Assembly (NCBI GenBank): GCA_951406725.2
Contig: OX597816.1
Coordinates: forward strand, 122,822,001-122,886,000
Direction: 5' to 3'
Source of the DNA: Octopus vulgaris
Lineage: Eukaryota
DNA length: 64,000 nucleotides
Positions 27,501 to 41,500 of the stretch are shown here, one piece after another. Below the pieces are notes generated by a model. The model worked only from the letters and a program-made list of their open reading frames with translations, made no database searches and was not told the origin of the DNA. The position numbers and the translations under genes were made by a program. Numbering within the stretch: the stretch's first letter is position 1; every line of letters starts with the position of its first letter.

Positions 27501-30500
27501 ATTACGTTGTACCATGAACATGTACCAGACTTTGTGGATTGTCTATAATATCTATTGAACATGAACTTAGCTCTCAACTTGATTATTCTGAACTGATCAA
27601 TAATTTTACAAAAGGAAAAGTGTGTCATGATTGTCTTTAAAAGGTGCTTGGATAATAAAAGTGCTCTTTTTTTCATATCTCAAAAGTTTTACTTATTGAA
27701 ATTTGTATTAGACCTAAATAAATTTAACATCTTGTATTTTTAAAGATGTTCTTTAGGATAACATGAAATATTGAACTTCATATAGAATAGAGTAAAATAT
27801 AGCAATGAATAAAAGGTGTGCAGATTATGAATTTTGATTGAAGGGATGGGGCCTCAAAACAAAAAGTTGCAGGGGGATATCTAAAAGTCATACGACATAG
27901 CTGGCCATCATATATAACAATGTATGCTATGAAAATAATCAAATTATTTTCATATTTGTAAAAATAAAATATGTGAAATGAAATTTTAAATATGAAACCT
28001 TGATGTTACTTGGTTTCGTTTATTAAATGAAGAATAAGAACTCAATAATTTCTTGAGTTTAAAATACTTATATCAACAGAATTTACTTTGTCCAAAGAAC
28101 ACTGAGTGAAAAGAGTATAGAACCCACTGTGACATATATGAATTGAGGAAAGGTGCTATAATTATTGTTGATATTTATAAATTCATGTGCTTAAATTAAT
28201 AATCATTTGATAACACACAAGTCTTCCCAGAATTCACTTTAAATTCATTTCATGAACTGTTGAACTTTTCATTTTACAACTGCAACAGTAGCTAGGTTGC
28301 AGTTGGGTGACAAAAATTTTGCAATCTCAAGTAATATATTTAAAGTGAATTTAATAATTTTGTATGTTATTAAATCACTAGAATAGTTCTTTCACAACAT
28401 GGCTGCTTCAATTTCAACATATCTCAGATTAAGTTATTTGCTTGACAAGTACAATTTCAAAAGTTTCAGTCATTTTATTTAGCTACAGGGGTAAATGTTG
28501 TTCTAATTTTGTAAACCAGTACATCTTCTGCAATATAACCTGTCTCTAAATAACTGACTCTAACTCTCTAATAATCACTACTCTTATATCAAGGAGTGCC
28601 TTAATAAGTCACTGATCTTGTTAAGAAAACATCCAAATCTTTTCCTCAAGTAAACATCAATATCTTCTTATTAATGTCTATATTTATGTGCTGGCATCAA
28701 TTGAACATTGTTATCTAATGCCAAAATATTAAGTTAGGATAGCCAGACTAAGAAAGCTAAATGATCAATATCATGGACATTTGATATTGCAATGTGTTCT
28801 TAGTCAAGTTAATTAAGGCTATCACTTGGATGAAAAACAATACCAGTCCATTTGGAAGGTAAAACTACGATATTCTATATAAATTTTATCCCGTGTGGAT
28901 TTGTCCTTTCTTATCTGCTTAATGTTATGGCAGTCAGAGATGATTTCTTTGGGCTTGGCTCTCAGCCAAATGTTGTAGATATGATACAGAATTAACTCAG
29001 CTGCAACGTCTTAGTGAATCAAAGGTCAATGTTGTCTCTAATTTTGTTTGCATTCAGAATTGTGATATGCTGAACAATAGTATTAAAAATATCTAAACTG
29101 GATCTCATCCGTCAACTTTATATTGTGAGTTATAGTAGGTTTGAAATGAAGCTAGAAGAAAATGTGATTAAATATTCATGGAGAAAATAGAAGAATAACA
29201 ATTTAAGATTAAAATGGAACACCTGAGAAGGATGTTTCCAGAATTTTTCTTTAATGGTTTGCAAACTATGAAAAAGTTTTCCGACTTACAATTTTCATTT
29301 CTGTTTCCTTTATGTAGTTATAGGGATTATTAAGAAGATAAAAATTAAAAACTAACATAAAACAATCTCTTGTAATGATACAAAAGGACTAAAATCTTTT
29401 GATAAAAATAGAAGGAAATGACCATTGACCTCAAATAAGCCACTTAAATAATGCAGACATAGACATTATCACAAAAAATACTTATTTACATTTAAGAAAC
29501 AACATTGCAAGAGATATCAAACTAAACCACAATAACTACACAACTGAAATAAATAAATGAAAGTTAGGAACAAGTGTAAATGTGCGATTCTTACACCAAA
29601 TGCAACATAGATTATATAAATCATCTAAGGACATCTAAGGTCTCAAAATATGAAAGCCAAAGGAAAAAGAAAAGAAAGAAATATAATCAAAAGATAAACA
29701 CCACTACAAAAAGAACTGGCAATCTGACAGATTCAATATAGACAAGAAAACCAATAGTAATCTGTTTACAAAACAAAATGTAATATCAACAACTTCAACA
29801 ATAAACCACTGTATCAAACACTGTTTTAACATTAAGCAGTATACATAGGCACACGTTAAAAACAAGAAATATTTAATATTTCTGTAAATTCAGTAACTAC
29901 AAACACATATGCATACACATATATACATGCACAGCCTAATAAATAGCAACTTTTTTCTCCCAAACTTGTAAAAGAAATAATTAATGAATGAATTGACAGA
30001 GGGGTTTCTATGCAGTCAATCAACCTACTAAAGATAGCAACCAAATTCAGTTCAAATTACACTATACTGACTTAGAAGAAAGAGAATAAATTAAATAATT
30101 TAGCTTTATATTTAGAAAACAATATGACTGTCTTAACTAGAAATGTATAATTAAGAATGAGATCAGGGGATAAGAAATAAGAAAAAACACACTGGAAGTA
30201 TGATTTGAGGTATGCAGTTTCATACTGTATATGATCTGAGCTCATATTGTGCAGTGGTGATTCAGTCTTTCATCCTTAGATTGATAAAATCTAGCAGCAG
30301 TAATAAATTACAAAGCAATTTAACCAGAGATCTGCTTGGTCAAAGTTAATTTGGAGTTAGATGTAAAAAACACCAATCAATATCAAACAGCCCTCCCTAT
30401 GAGCCATCATATCCATTTAATGAGTCAATGTTGGGGGCCGTTACAATTTGCTTGATCTACAGAAGTAGCAAACAAATCTTTCTCATTTCACAGTCATGAA

Positions 30501-32042
30501 AAATAACAGTCTTTCGATATACTGTAAGTAAAAAGATGGGATGGTTATTTGTTGTTACATCTTTGATCACAGATTTATTTGATGAGGGCTAACCAGAGTG
30601 TTAACAACACAACAATGATTTGATTGATATATAAAAAAAAATCACAAGCTAAAATGAAAAGAGAGAAAAAATCATGCAAAAGTCAAAAGAACTTATTAAC
30701 CACAATAATCACATCACTAATAGAGATAATTAAATTGCCAGAACAAAACAGTAAATTGCCAAGACTATGGAAGCTCAGTAAGATCACAATATTGATGATA
30801 GTAATGATAATGGTAGTTTCTGCATGCAGATTTTTGTAGAAGATAGTTTACTTTTGTAACTGGGATGTCATATATTGGCAGTATAGGTGGATCTTATGTC
30901 TACAAGATTTAGAATATTTGGTACTAACACAGTTTGTATGTGAATGTTCTGGTTAGCAGATGCTTTTCTTACCAAAATAATATTATAATGTAGCATGAAG
31001 AAATTTAATAGATAAGTGATATGTTACTTACTAGTAACATTTTGAATGCAGATTCTGACACCAAATGGGTTGCTAGAGTGTCAGATGAAATACCTTATCT
31101 ATTCCAGCCCTCTATTCTGTGAGTTCAAATACTGCCAAAGCCAACATTCCTTAAAAGTTGATAAATAAAGCACTTGTTCTGAGCAGTGGTTTAGCAGAAT
31201 TGGTATAGCATTATTGTGTCATGCACTGTTAGATCTGGTTCTTTGTTTTCTGATGGCAATATGTGTGTCAAAATTGGTAATGGTCTACATCAGTCTTTAC
31301 CATTCTCTGAGAGAATCTTGATGGTTCTCTAAGGGCAGTTTGTCTTCCATTAAAAAAAATCTTTTGAGAGGAATTTTCCAAGTGCAGAAGTCAGAATTCA
31401 GAGTGTCATGAAATTCACAGAGGCTCTAAATGACTGAAAGTAAGACCAGTGTAAAAATAAATAAAGTGCTGGATAAAATGTTTTATGGTATTTAGTTTCA
31501 TTTCTTCATGTTCTAAATTCAGCTTCTGAAAGTCTCGACTTAGTGTTTCATTTTTCTGAAGTTGATAAAATATTGCTGTAGCAGTTATAAACTAAGAAAC
31601 AAGTTTATTGACTTTGCAGCTTACAGTACAAATTTACAGCTTTGTAGCTGAGAACGTAATGTGATTGCACTGAAATCAAAATTATCTCTTACTAAACCAA
31701 CATGCTACACACCTATTAAATTTCTCTATTCTCTATCGAAAATTATTTGAAATGCCCATCCTCAAATTCTCACAATCCATTAGATAGATTCTTACTTTTC
31801 CATTTACCTTTAGAATACTCTTTAATTCATCTTGGCAACTATTAGAGAAAATGATAGAAGGAAAATACCACTAGCATATATGCTAGTGACAAAAGACATC
31901 CAGCAAAGGTATTTTATTCTCTTATTCTAATGTATTTCTTGATATGAACTCAGCAAAACAAAACAGAAAACAAACAAAATAGCTTATTTAGATATTAATG
32001 GCAAGTGATGTCTGCTGAATTACCTTCCATAATGGAAAGTAT

Positions 32043-32177
32043 TATATATATATATATGTGTGTGTGTGTGAGTGTGTGTTTATATATGTATATGTATGTA
32101 TGTATGTATATATATATATATATGCATATAGTATATATATATATATATATATATACATGCATATATATAAATGTTTA

Positions 32178-32262
<85 letters not shown>

Positions 32263-32265
32263 CTG

Positions 32266-32312
<47 letters not shown>
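32043..32312. repeat. Long imperfect (TA)n/(TG)n microsatellite
   Basis: Direct reading. It explains the ORFs at 32005-32324. Confidence 0.95.
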
Positions 32313-32313
<1 letters not shown>

Positions 32314-32990
32314 AGGACACATAGCTTAGTGGTTAGAGTGTTGTACTTATGATAACAAGATCATGGTTTCAATTCCTGGACCAAGTGTGCATTGTATCCT
32401 TGAGAAAAACACTTCATCTCACATTCTTCTGCACTCACTTCAGTTGGCTTAGTGGAGAATACTCTCCCAAAGTGTTATAACACCTTAGAGTCATGACCAT
32501 GTGAGATACCGCACCTCTAATCCGATCAAAGAGTGACAGACATCAATGTTCTACCATTTTTCTGGCTTGTCAATATCATGTGCCCAATCAGTATCAGAGA
32601 TCAGTCAATTTGCCAGTTCACAATTTATATGCTCATAGTGTGCAAACTATGTGTGGCTATTCCTGGACAATGCATACATAGGAATAAATTCAAATATGAA
32701 ATAGAAGCAGCACTTCCAGATGGGATTAAAGGTGAGCTATCTTACCTGTCCATGACTCTAAGGTGTTTTAACACCCAACGCTTTGAGAGACTATTCTCCA
32801 ACACACTAACTGAAGTGAGTGTAGAGCAATGTGAGATCAAGTGTTTTGCTCAAGTACACAACGATGCCAACCACAGGCTACCAGCAAATACAAAAGGCTT
32901 ATACATTAAGTATATGTGGTTGATAATGTTTATTACACTAGTGCTGCTTCTATTATTTCATATTTGAATATGTGTATGTGTACGTGCATT

Positions 32991-33028
<38 letters not shown>

Positions 33029-33428
33029 TGTGTGTGTGTGTGTATGTATGTGTGTTATTAAACAGCAAAACCTTTCAAAAGCATCATTTCTCAAATGAAA
33101 TTTCAAAGTATCAATGTATTGATACTTGCTATTTCTGATTTGTTTCTGGTGATGTAATTTTCAGTTTTATTTATGAATTGTTAATGTTGAACTGCTAAAC
33201 CTCGGGTTATCTCTGACTGAACAAATCTGTGACCAGATATGTTGCATCCATGACCACCTCTGCATTTAAATAAGTTCCTATTTTGCACATATAAGTAATA
33301 TATTCTGATAATATTGCACTATCAAGCATTTCCAATATACATGAATGTACTTGAAACCTAGTTAGGCAAGAATAAATCTGCTACTATAATAATTCATGAA
33401 TTACACTAGTACATCAAATATTTATAAC

Positions 33429-33820
33429 ATGTGGCTGTGTGGTAAATAGCTTGCTAACCAACCACATGGTTCCGGGTTCAGTCCCACTGCGTGGCATCTT
33501 GGGCAAGTGTCTTCTACTATAGCCCCGGGCCGACCAATGCCTTGTGAGTGGATTTGGTAGATGGAAACTGAAAGAAGCCTGTCGTATATATGTATATATA
33601 TATGTGTGTGTTTGTGTTTGTCCCCCTAGCATTGCTTGACAACCGATGCTGGTGTGTTTACGTCCCTGTCACTTAGCAGTTCGGCAAAAGAGACCGGTAG
33701 AATAAGTACTGGGCTTACAAAGAATAAGTCCCGGGGTCGATTTGCTCGACTAAAGGCGGTGCTCCAGCATGGCCTCAGTCAAATGACTGAAACAAGTATA
33801 AGAGAAAGAGTAAAGAGTAT
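33429..33820 (+). mobile_element. Young tRNA-derived SINE (CORE-like ttgggcaagt domain, internal microsatellite, (AAGAGT)n-like tail)
   Basis: A box TGGCTGTGTGG and B box GGTTCAGTCCC. Closely similar to the inverted copies at 42775-43175 and 59240-59625. Older copies lie at about 21225-21395, 36760-36910, 38690-38850 and 48105-48230. Confidence 0.88.
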
Positions 33821-34369
33821 AACATTGTACTTATATAACATATTCATATGATATGATGTTACACTATGTAAGCACAGGATAAGATAGTATGATATGCATA
33901 ATACATCAAAAATTCATTGCATATTAATATCACAGAGCAATTATGCATCTTATTTTATTAAGTGACATAAAGATCTAAAGCTTTTCATATCAACATAAAT
34001 ATTTCCCACATTGCATATTATATGTGAAGATATGGAATGACTTTCTTAGTACAAGAAGAATGGACATCAATATTTACAATTTAGCCTATTCAGCATGAAT
34101 CGTTCCATTTTTATTTTCCTTAATGTTTTACTGAAAACTAACCAATCGCCTGGGAAACAATTCTCTTTTGTTAAGATTCATACAATATTTTCAAATGCTG
34201 ATGCTGAGGACATCATTAAATTTTTACTAACCATTATACAATGAAATATTTTAGTACGAGAAGATATAACGTTGCGAAGAACCAGTCCCAAATGTACTTA
34301 AACTGCACTGAATTGTCTTAGTATTATCTTTTATCCTCACAAGTAATAGAAATTAACTACTAGTAATAT

Positions 34370-34575
34370 CAACATCATCATCACCAGCAGCAGCAGCAGC
34401 AGCAGCATCATTATAGTAATCGTTATATTTACCATCATATCATCTTCATCTTTCTTCAACATCATTTGTCATCCTTCTTAGCAATTTCTTTACCTACATA
34501 ATAGGCATCATCACCATCACCACTACCGCCACCACCACCGCCACCACCACCGCCACCACCACCGCCACCGCCACC

Positions 34576-34606
<31 letters not shown>

Positions 34607-34662
34607 TTGTCGTCATCATCGTTATCATTATCAACATCGTCGTCATCATCATGTTCATCATC
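34370..34662. repeat. Mixed trinucleotide low-complexity tract (CAG/CAT/CAC/CGC/CAA)
   Basis: Direct reading. Similar tracts lie at 45408-45510 and 59995-60092. Confidence 0.85.
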
Positions 34663-34910
34663 TGTTTGTGCAAGATCTAACGTTGGCTACCAAAAGGCAC
34701 AAACAAATATATCATCCCTCACACTATTATAGCTGCTTCTTATCACCAATGGCACCAAACTAAGTAAGGAGAACAAAAACATAGACAGACTGAGATAACC
34801 ATAAAACAGAAGCAAGTTAATGTGCTTAAACACAGTTTGGAGTTAAAGAAATTGTAGATTGATTAGGTTTAACTGATTATTCAAGTGATGTAATTTTGTG
34901 CATGTTACTA

Positions 34911-36197
34911 TTGGGTTGGCAAGAAAGTAATTTCGATTTTTCAGCGTGAAATAAAAGTCATTTTTTTTTTATGCAAAGAATGAACTTTAATCAATTATAT
35001 ATTTTCCATTTTGTTTGATGTCCTTTTGCCATCTTTCTGGCAACTTCATGATTTTGCACTCATGGAACTTCTGGTCCTTATCAGCTAAAACTAAAACAAA
35101 TGCAATTTCAGGTCATCATTATTATTGAAAGTTTTACCATTCAAAGAATGTTGTAAACATCAAAATAAATGGTAATCTGATGGTGCAAGATCAGGACTAT
35201 ATAGTGGATGTAACATCACTCCTCAACTAAGCTCCAGTAATTTTTCACGAGTTATCAAAGATGTGTGTGGTCTAGCATTGTCATGGTGGATCACAATTCC
35301 TTTACGATTTGCCAATTCTGGCTGTTTTTCTTTGTCTCTTCCTCCAGTTTCATTAACTGTTGACAATAAATATCTAAATTGATCGTTTGGTTCCTTGGAA
35401 ACAGCTCAAAATACACAACACCTTTGTAATCCCACCAAATTGACAGCATGACCTCTTTTGATGCAATTCAGTTTTCTGTGTGGTTTGTGTTGGTTGATTA
35501 TGCTTGGACCATGATCGTTTTCAATTGATGCTATTGTAGACAATTCATTTTTCCTCACCAGTAATGATTCATTTTTTTTAAAATGGTTGATTTCATTGTG
35601 TTTGAGATGTATATTGCAATATTGATTCATTGTGTTAAGTGAATCTCTTACGTGAATCTCTTAAGTGGAATCCAAATATCGAGCTTCTTAATGAGTCCAA
35701 GACATTATAAGTGATTTTCAGTTGTTATGTGTGATACATTGAATCTCTCTGCAATCTCTCGCACAGTTATATGGTAATCAGATTCAATTATGGCTTTGAT
35801 GCATTCATCATCAACTTCAGTAGGTCGACCAGAATGTTGGTCACATTTGAGTGAAAAATCACCAGAACGGAATTTTTAAAACCATTTCTGGCATGTGCCT
35901 TCTGTTAAGCAATCAACACCATAAACTTCACATATTTCTTTGTGAGCCTCAGCAGCTTTCTTGCCTTTACGGAAATATAATTGCAACATATGGTGAAAAT
36001 GTTCGTTTTTGCACTCCATGTTAAAAATGACACTGAACTAACAGTTATAAACAAAATTACGAGCAATTTGTTTCTAAACTAAGCTAAAAGTAATGGCTAT
36101 CAAATGTCAAAAGGAAAAAATCATGACATTATCAAAAGTCATTAAAAATATCGTAACTCTATTTGTGAAAAACGAAATTACTTTCTTGCCAACCCAA
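34911..36197 (-). mobile_element. Full-length (1287 bp) mariner transposon fossil
   Basis: TIRs TTGGGTTGGCAAGAAAGTAATTTCG.. at both ends with TA duplication. The minus strand encodes HPLYSPDLAPSDYHLF at about 35162-35209. The transposase has many stops. Confidence 0.95.
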
Positions 36198-37166
36198 TAT
36201 ATTCTATGTCATACCAGTCTATATGTGAGCAGAGGTGGGGGAAAGGGGGAGATGCTGAGAAGATAGGAGGTGGGGAAGAAATTTGTCAGGGACATGCCAT
36301 CTGCAAGATGGAGGGCATGGACATAAAGGACATACCTTTATGAACACAATTTTATTTAGATGGACAGGTCTTGTCAAGCAGAACAAATCAACAATTGTCT
36401 CAGTCTTTTGCCTTCTCTTTAGATCATTTTTCACCACTTGGTTCTATGTTTTTCTGAGCCCAGCTGGTTCTAATTCTAACAATTACACTTTCAGGGCATA
36501 TTCTTTGAGTTTTCTGTTATCTAGCTGAGCTGTTTGGGGAGCTTTCTACTATCCCTAAACATCCCCTTAGCCATTGGAGAAATTGTATCTCCTGTGTGTT
36601 TTTAGTGTTTATAGTTGTGGTTCATTTGCCACACAAAGTCTACTTTCTTAGTTAACATTCCTAGATAATTAGGTAATATTTTCCCCATGGTCAGATATGT
36701 TTTTCATGGAAGATTAAAAATGAAGGATGCACGTTTAGGAGATATCAAGACAAGGACACAGCTTCTTTCAGTTCTCTCTAGCAAATCCACTCACAAGTTT
36801 TGGTCAGCCTGGGGCTATAATAGAAGACAGCTTCCCAAGTTGCCACACAGTGGACTGAACCCAAAATTATATGGTTCAGAAGCACACTGTTTCAATACAC
36901 AACCATGTCTGTTTCTATGCCATTCCTGCTCCTGTAAATAAAGGACTCTAAATAGAACATTAAAAATATCAGAGAAACTATTGCATCATTTGTGCTATGT
37001 TGATGTCATTGCAATGACAGTGCTTAGTTTTCGTGATCTCAGTGTGACACTTGTTGAAGTATGACAGCTGTAGTAGTGCTATGATTCTAAAACTGTCACA
37101 CATGCCAGACGTTATTTTCTCGGTGTAGAAACACAGTAGTTTAACTCCTACTTCTGATAAGTTTAC

Positions 37167-37252
37167 GTATATAATGAACAAAGTATATATTTATAATGAA
37201 AAAAGTATATGTATATAATGAAAGAAGTATATGTATATAATGCAAAAAGTAA
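37167..37252. repeat. 22-bp minisatellite, about 4 copies (gtatataatgaaaaaagtatat)
   Basis: Direct reading. Confidence 0.8.
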
Positions 37253-40200
37253 ATGACAATATGAAATGAAATAAAATGGAAGTGAAATAAAAGAGAATAG
37301 CACAAAACAAAAACAAACAAAATAAAATATATTAATATCTTGTCAATAGTGATTCTTTCTTTACCTTGACTTAGAAAATAAATTTTCTGTGTTTCACTTT
37401 TTCCTTTTACCTACCACCTTTACCTTGCCATTTAAACATCATAAAATACAAAACAGAAGTGTGAGAGCAATAGCTAATATATTAAAACACTCACATGACA
37501 TTAAAAACTAGGTTTCTTTTTATTGACATGAAGATAATGGTGATTTTCTGCTTTAAAGGTGGTCAGTTAGTATTTTCTAGCATTGCATTTGTTAAAGTAT
37601 TGAGTTCAACATGATTGAAATGTCTCAATAACTGTTTTTGTCTGTCTTTTTAGAAAACCATTGACATTTCTCTCTCTCTGTTTCATTAGATAGCTTGTGT
37701 TACTTCTCAGAGGTGTTTGTGAAGCAGTGTCATTGATGTATTAGTGAGATATTGTTGTTATGTGTAACTTCTTTCTATAAGTTAAATGGCTGAGTGCATG
37801 TAGTATTGAGCTACCAGCTCAAAGGCCAGTAGTACTTATCCAATACACACATGTCATTAATGTTTTTCAGTAATATATTTGATTAACTGCATTTCACTTT
37901 ACTTAACTGTTAGAAACTGCTTCCAGACCTCTAGGAAATTTTACTATATTTACTTGAAATAGACTGGTGGCCAACTTGGAAAGAAATTTATTAGTTATTT
38001 GCTTCACACCTAGAAACTAGTAGTTAGCACTAAGTATTTCTATGTATTTCTTTGTCACAACTGACAGAAATAATTGGAAGATTCTAGAGTATAAACATAA
38101 ATATATCTGGTGTCTTCAATTGTAGTCATAACCATTCCACTTGAGCTCATGACTATTTAATCTAGAATTAAAGAAGAATATTTAGAATGTGGGGGAACCT
38201 TAGTTGTTACCTTGAGCAGATTCAGTGACTATCCAAAATTATCTGAAAAGAGACTTAAGTGACATGTTTGGCGAGAAATTGTAGTTGTTGCTTAGCCCAA
38301 AATCAGCCACAATTAAGCAGATATATGAACAACCATTGAGAAGCTTTCTCATTGCATAACAAGAAGTTCAGGTGATATGTAGTTAGACATTTATTCATGT
38401 TTTAGCGAGTTTGTTCAAATATTCCCTATAGGTTAGCAATAATAAATAGAACTTGTCATGATACAATTGACAAATAAATATAAGAGCTTCTGTTGTAGTA
38501 AGAGAAAGAAAGCATACAAAGGTCCTAAATCTGGAGAATGGAATGCATTGAAATTTCTTGGAAAATTTTAAAAATGCAACAATATTTAGACAAATTTTGC
38601 AAACATACAACACATATCTCAAAACATGTAATAACAGAAAATATTGATACTATGATGTTAAAGTTTACAATATACATATTGACAAGTTGTATGAGTGACT
38701 GTGTGGTTAAAAAGCTTACTTTCCAACCATATGGCTAAGGTTCAATCCCTCTGTGTGGAACCTCAGGCAAATGTCTTCTACTATAGTTTTGGGCCTATAC
38801 AAAGCCTTGTAAGTAGATTTGATAGATGGAAACTGAAAGATGCCCATCATGTGTGCATATGTGCATGTGTATGTGTGGGGGGGGGGAGAATGTTCCCTTG
38901 TCCTGATATCATGAGATAATTGTAAAATGAGCATTACCATTATATAAGCAATGATGTTAGTTTCCTGTCTTTCATAGTAAAATGTTACTATGCTTGAAGA
39001 CAGGTGGGGGGTTGGCAACAAAATGGGTATCCAAGCATAGAAAATCTGCCACAACAAATTCTGTCTAAATCAGGCGAGGATGAAACACCAGACATTAAAA
39101 GACGGTGATGATGATATAAATAGAAACAAACTACTTTAAATAAAAGTTTAATTTTTATGACTTAAGGTGCCTGACAAGATAGCATCTAACAACTGATGCC
39201 TTGAAAATTCTTGTTATTCCCTACTTTTGATGTATCTTAAAAAAAGAATGCCTGATTTTGATACTCAAGACAACCATGCATTTGGACTCTAGTATGTTTC
39301 TTGTAAAGAATTAAGTAGTGTTTTTGTTTGAACCAATCTGCTTACATTTATAATAAATCCAACTTGATTTCATGCTTTAGGCTATATAATGTTATTATAA
39401 GGAAACTAAACTACATGCTTTTCTCTTTTATTTTCACATTGACATTCACAACAATTTATTCTTCAGCTATTATTCTTTTTATGTATAACTTGTAGCAATG
39501 TCCAAACAATGTTACAGTCTGCAGTTAAATGGTACTGTAACTATTGATTCTAGTCAATTTTTAAAATTAATACAGTGCAAAATCAGGGTTGGTATAAGCA
39601 GTAAGTTGAGTGAAATTTTGAGAGAATGATCTAAAGGCTAGTCAACTGATGTAGCAATGAAATCATTTGTAATTTTCATTTTTTTTTCTTACTTGTTTTA
39701 TTCACTGGACTGTGGCCATGGTGGTGTACAACCATCAAGGTTTTTAGATGATCTAATTGACCTCAGTACTTATATTTCTAAGTCTGTTCATTATTCGGCC
39801 AATCTTTTTCCTTTACTTAACTATTACATTATGGAAATGTAAACATAGGAATATCAGTCTTCAAGCAGAGAAAAAACACAAGCAAATAACTCTATACATG
39901 CATTGTGATGAATAAAGATTCTCATGGATTCCATTTTCCATTTCCTTAATTCATTGGGCACTGTGGAATTCCTGAGGAAGACCCAGTGACACTTATATCA
40001 AAACTGTGGAAGACATCAGATAGTCTAAACAGTGAAAGTGCTTTAATAGGTATACTACTAACCTTATACCCAAAGTCCAAATAATTACTTACATTACGTG
40101 TGTGTGTGTGTGTGTGTTAAGGCTACCATAGCTTTCATGTTAAGAAAAATATCTTAATATCTTAACATGAAACCAATGGTAGTCTTAATAAGAATATGAA

Positions 40201-40254
40201 GAAAATCTATCCACTGATGCTGTATTGAGCACTCATTCTCATTATTCAAGATAT

Positions 40255-40468
40255 ATCATCATCATCATCGTTTAACGTCCGCTTTCCATGCTAGCATGTG
40301 TTGGACGATTTGACTGAGGTCTGGCGAACCAGATGGCTGCACCAGACTCCAATCTGATCTGGCAGAGTTTCTACAGCTGGATACCCTTCCTAACACCAAC
40401 CACTCTGAGAGTGTAGTGGGTGCTTTTATGTGCCATCAGCATGAGGGCCAGTCAGGCAGTACTGGAGC
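40255..40468 (-). mobile_element. RTE 3'-end fragment or RTE-tailed SINE
   Basis: Matches the RTE 3' UTR at 48657-48860, with a (GAT)n tail. Confidence 0.85.
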
Positions 40469-41260
40469 ATATATATATATATATATGATGATATATATAT
40501 ATATATATATATACATACCTGTAATGATCCTCCAATAAGATAGACAATAAAAGAGTACTTTTGTATTTCAAGGAAAGTGCAGCTGTACTGTACTACAGCA
40601 GTTTGCTTATATACATTTGTAGTTAATGTAATTCTGGAAATGTAGCAGTGAGATACAATAAAATAATCATATTAACATATGTAAACATATAAAACAAATA
40701 AATTGATCATTTCTGATAAGGGTTTCAGATTTTAGAATAAGGGCAACAAGATTAGGGAGGGGCTAAGTCAATTACTTGAACCCCAGTACTCATCTGGTAC
40801 TTATTTTATTGACCCTGAAAGGATGAAAAGCAAAGCTGTTCTTGGTGGAATTTGAATTCAAAATGTAAAGATGGACAAAATGCCACTAAACATTTTCCCC
40901 GGCTGCTAATGGTCATTTGTAATACTGGTTTTAAATTTGGCACAAGGCCAGCAGCTTCAGGGAAGCCATAAGTCTGTTACATCAACTCCAGTGTTCAACT
41001 GGTACTTATTTTATTGATACTGAAAGGTGACCCCAGAAGAATTTGAACTCAGAATGTAAAGATGGACAAAATGCTGCCAAGCATTTGCCTGGTTGCTAAT
41101 CATCATTTGTGATATTAAAGACAAGAACAAACAGAATGTATTTTGCGAATATATAAAATATTATACAATTTTCACCACCCTATTCTAGGGTGTGATGACC
41201 ATATTTCCATATTCTTATAAATTACAATTTTTAACTTTTACAATAAACATATATAACATA

Positions 41261-41500
41261 TTCTGTTGTATCTGGGGAGAGTCATTTTGTTTTTGTGCCT
41301 TATAATGTAACACACTCACCGGTAAAAAGATGCAAGGAAAATTTTAGGAAAATAAAAATAAGAAAAAAAGTGGAAATTTTATTGGTGGGTGTGTTACATT
41401 ATAAGACACAAAAATAAAATAACTCTCCCCAGACACAACAGAATATGCTTCAATACACAAACTCATATAAAGAATCTTGCAAACCAAATCCCAAAACGAA
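41261..41500. mobile_element. Asymmetric fold-back element with 12-bp flanking direct repeat
   Basis: Arms at about 41257-41335 and 41377-41447 are reverse complements. An unpaired tail runs to 41500. ATATATAACATA lies at 41249-41260 and 41501-41512. Confidence 0.75.

Noticed and set aside
27295-27903. Possible hAT-like MITE with CAG..TGTCG ends
   Set aside because: Terminal similarity is weak and no 8-bp TSD is visible, so it cannot be supported.
33429-33500. tRNA-like heads of SINEs (and the 12174-12215 segment) as tRNA genes
   Set aside because: No complete cloverleaf or acceptor stem, and they continue into repeat bodies.
34370-34662. Poly-Q/H/T/P-like trinucleotide tract as a coding exon
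   Set aside because: Interrupted by stops, no convincing splice context, and similar tracts recur on either strand.
37630-37750. Two pyrimidine-tract AG acceptors on the plus strand
   Set aside because: No strong paired donor or reading frame, and such sites are common in AT-rich introns.
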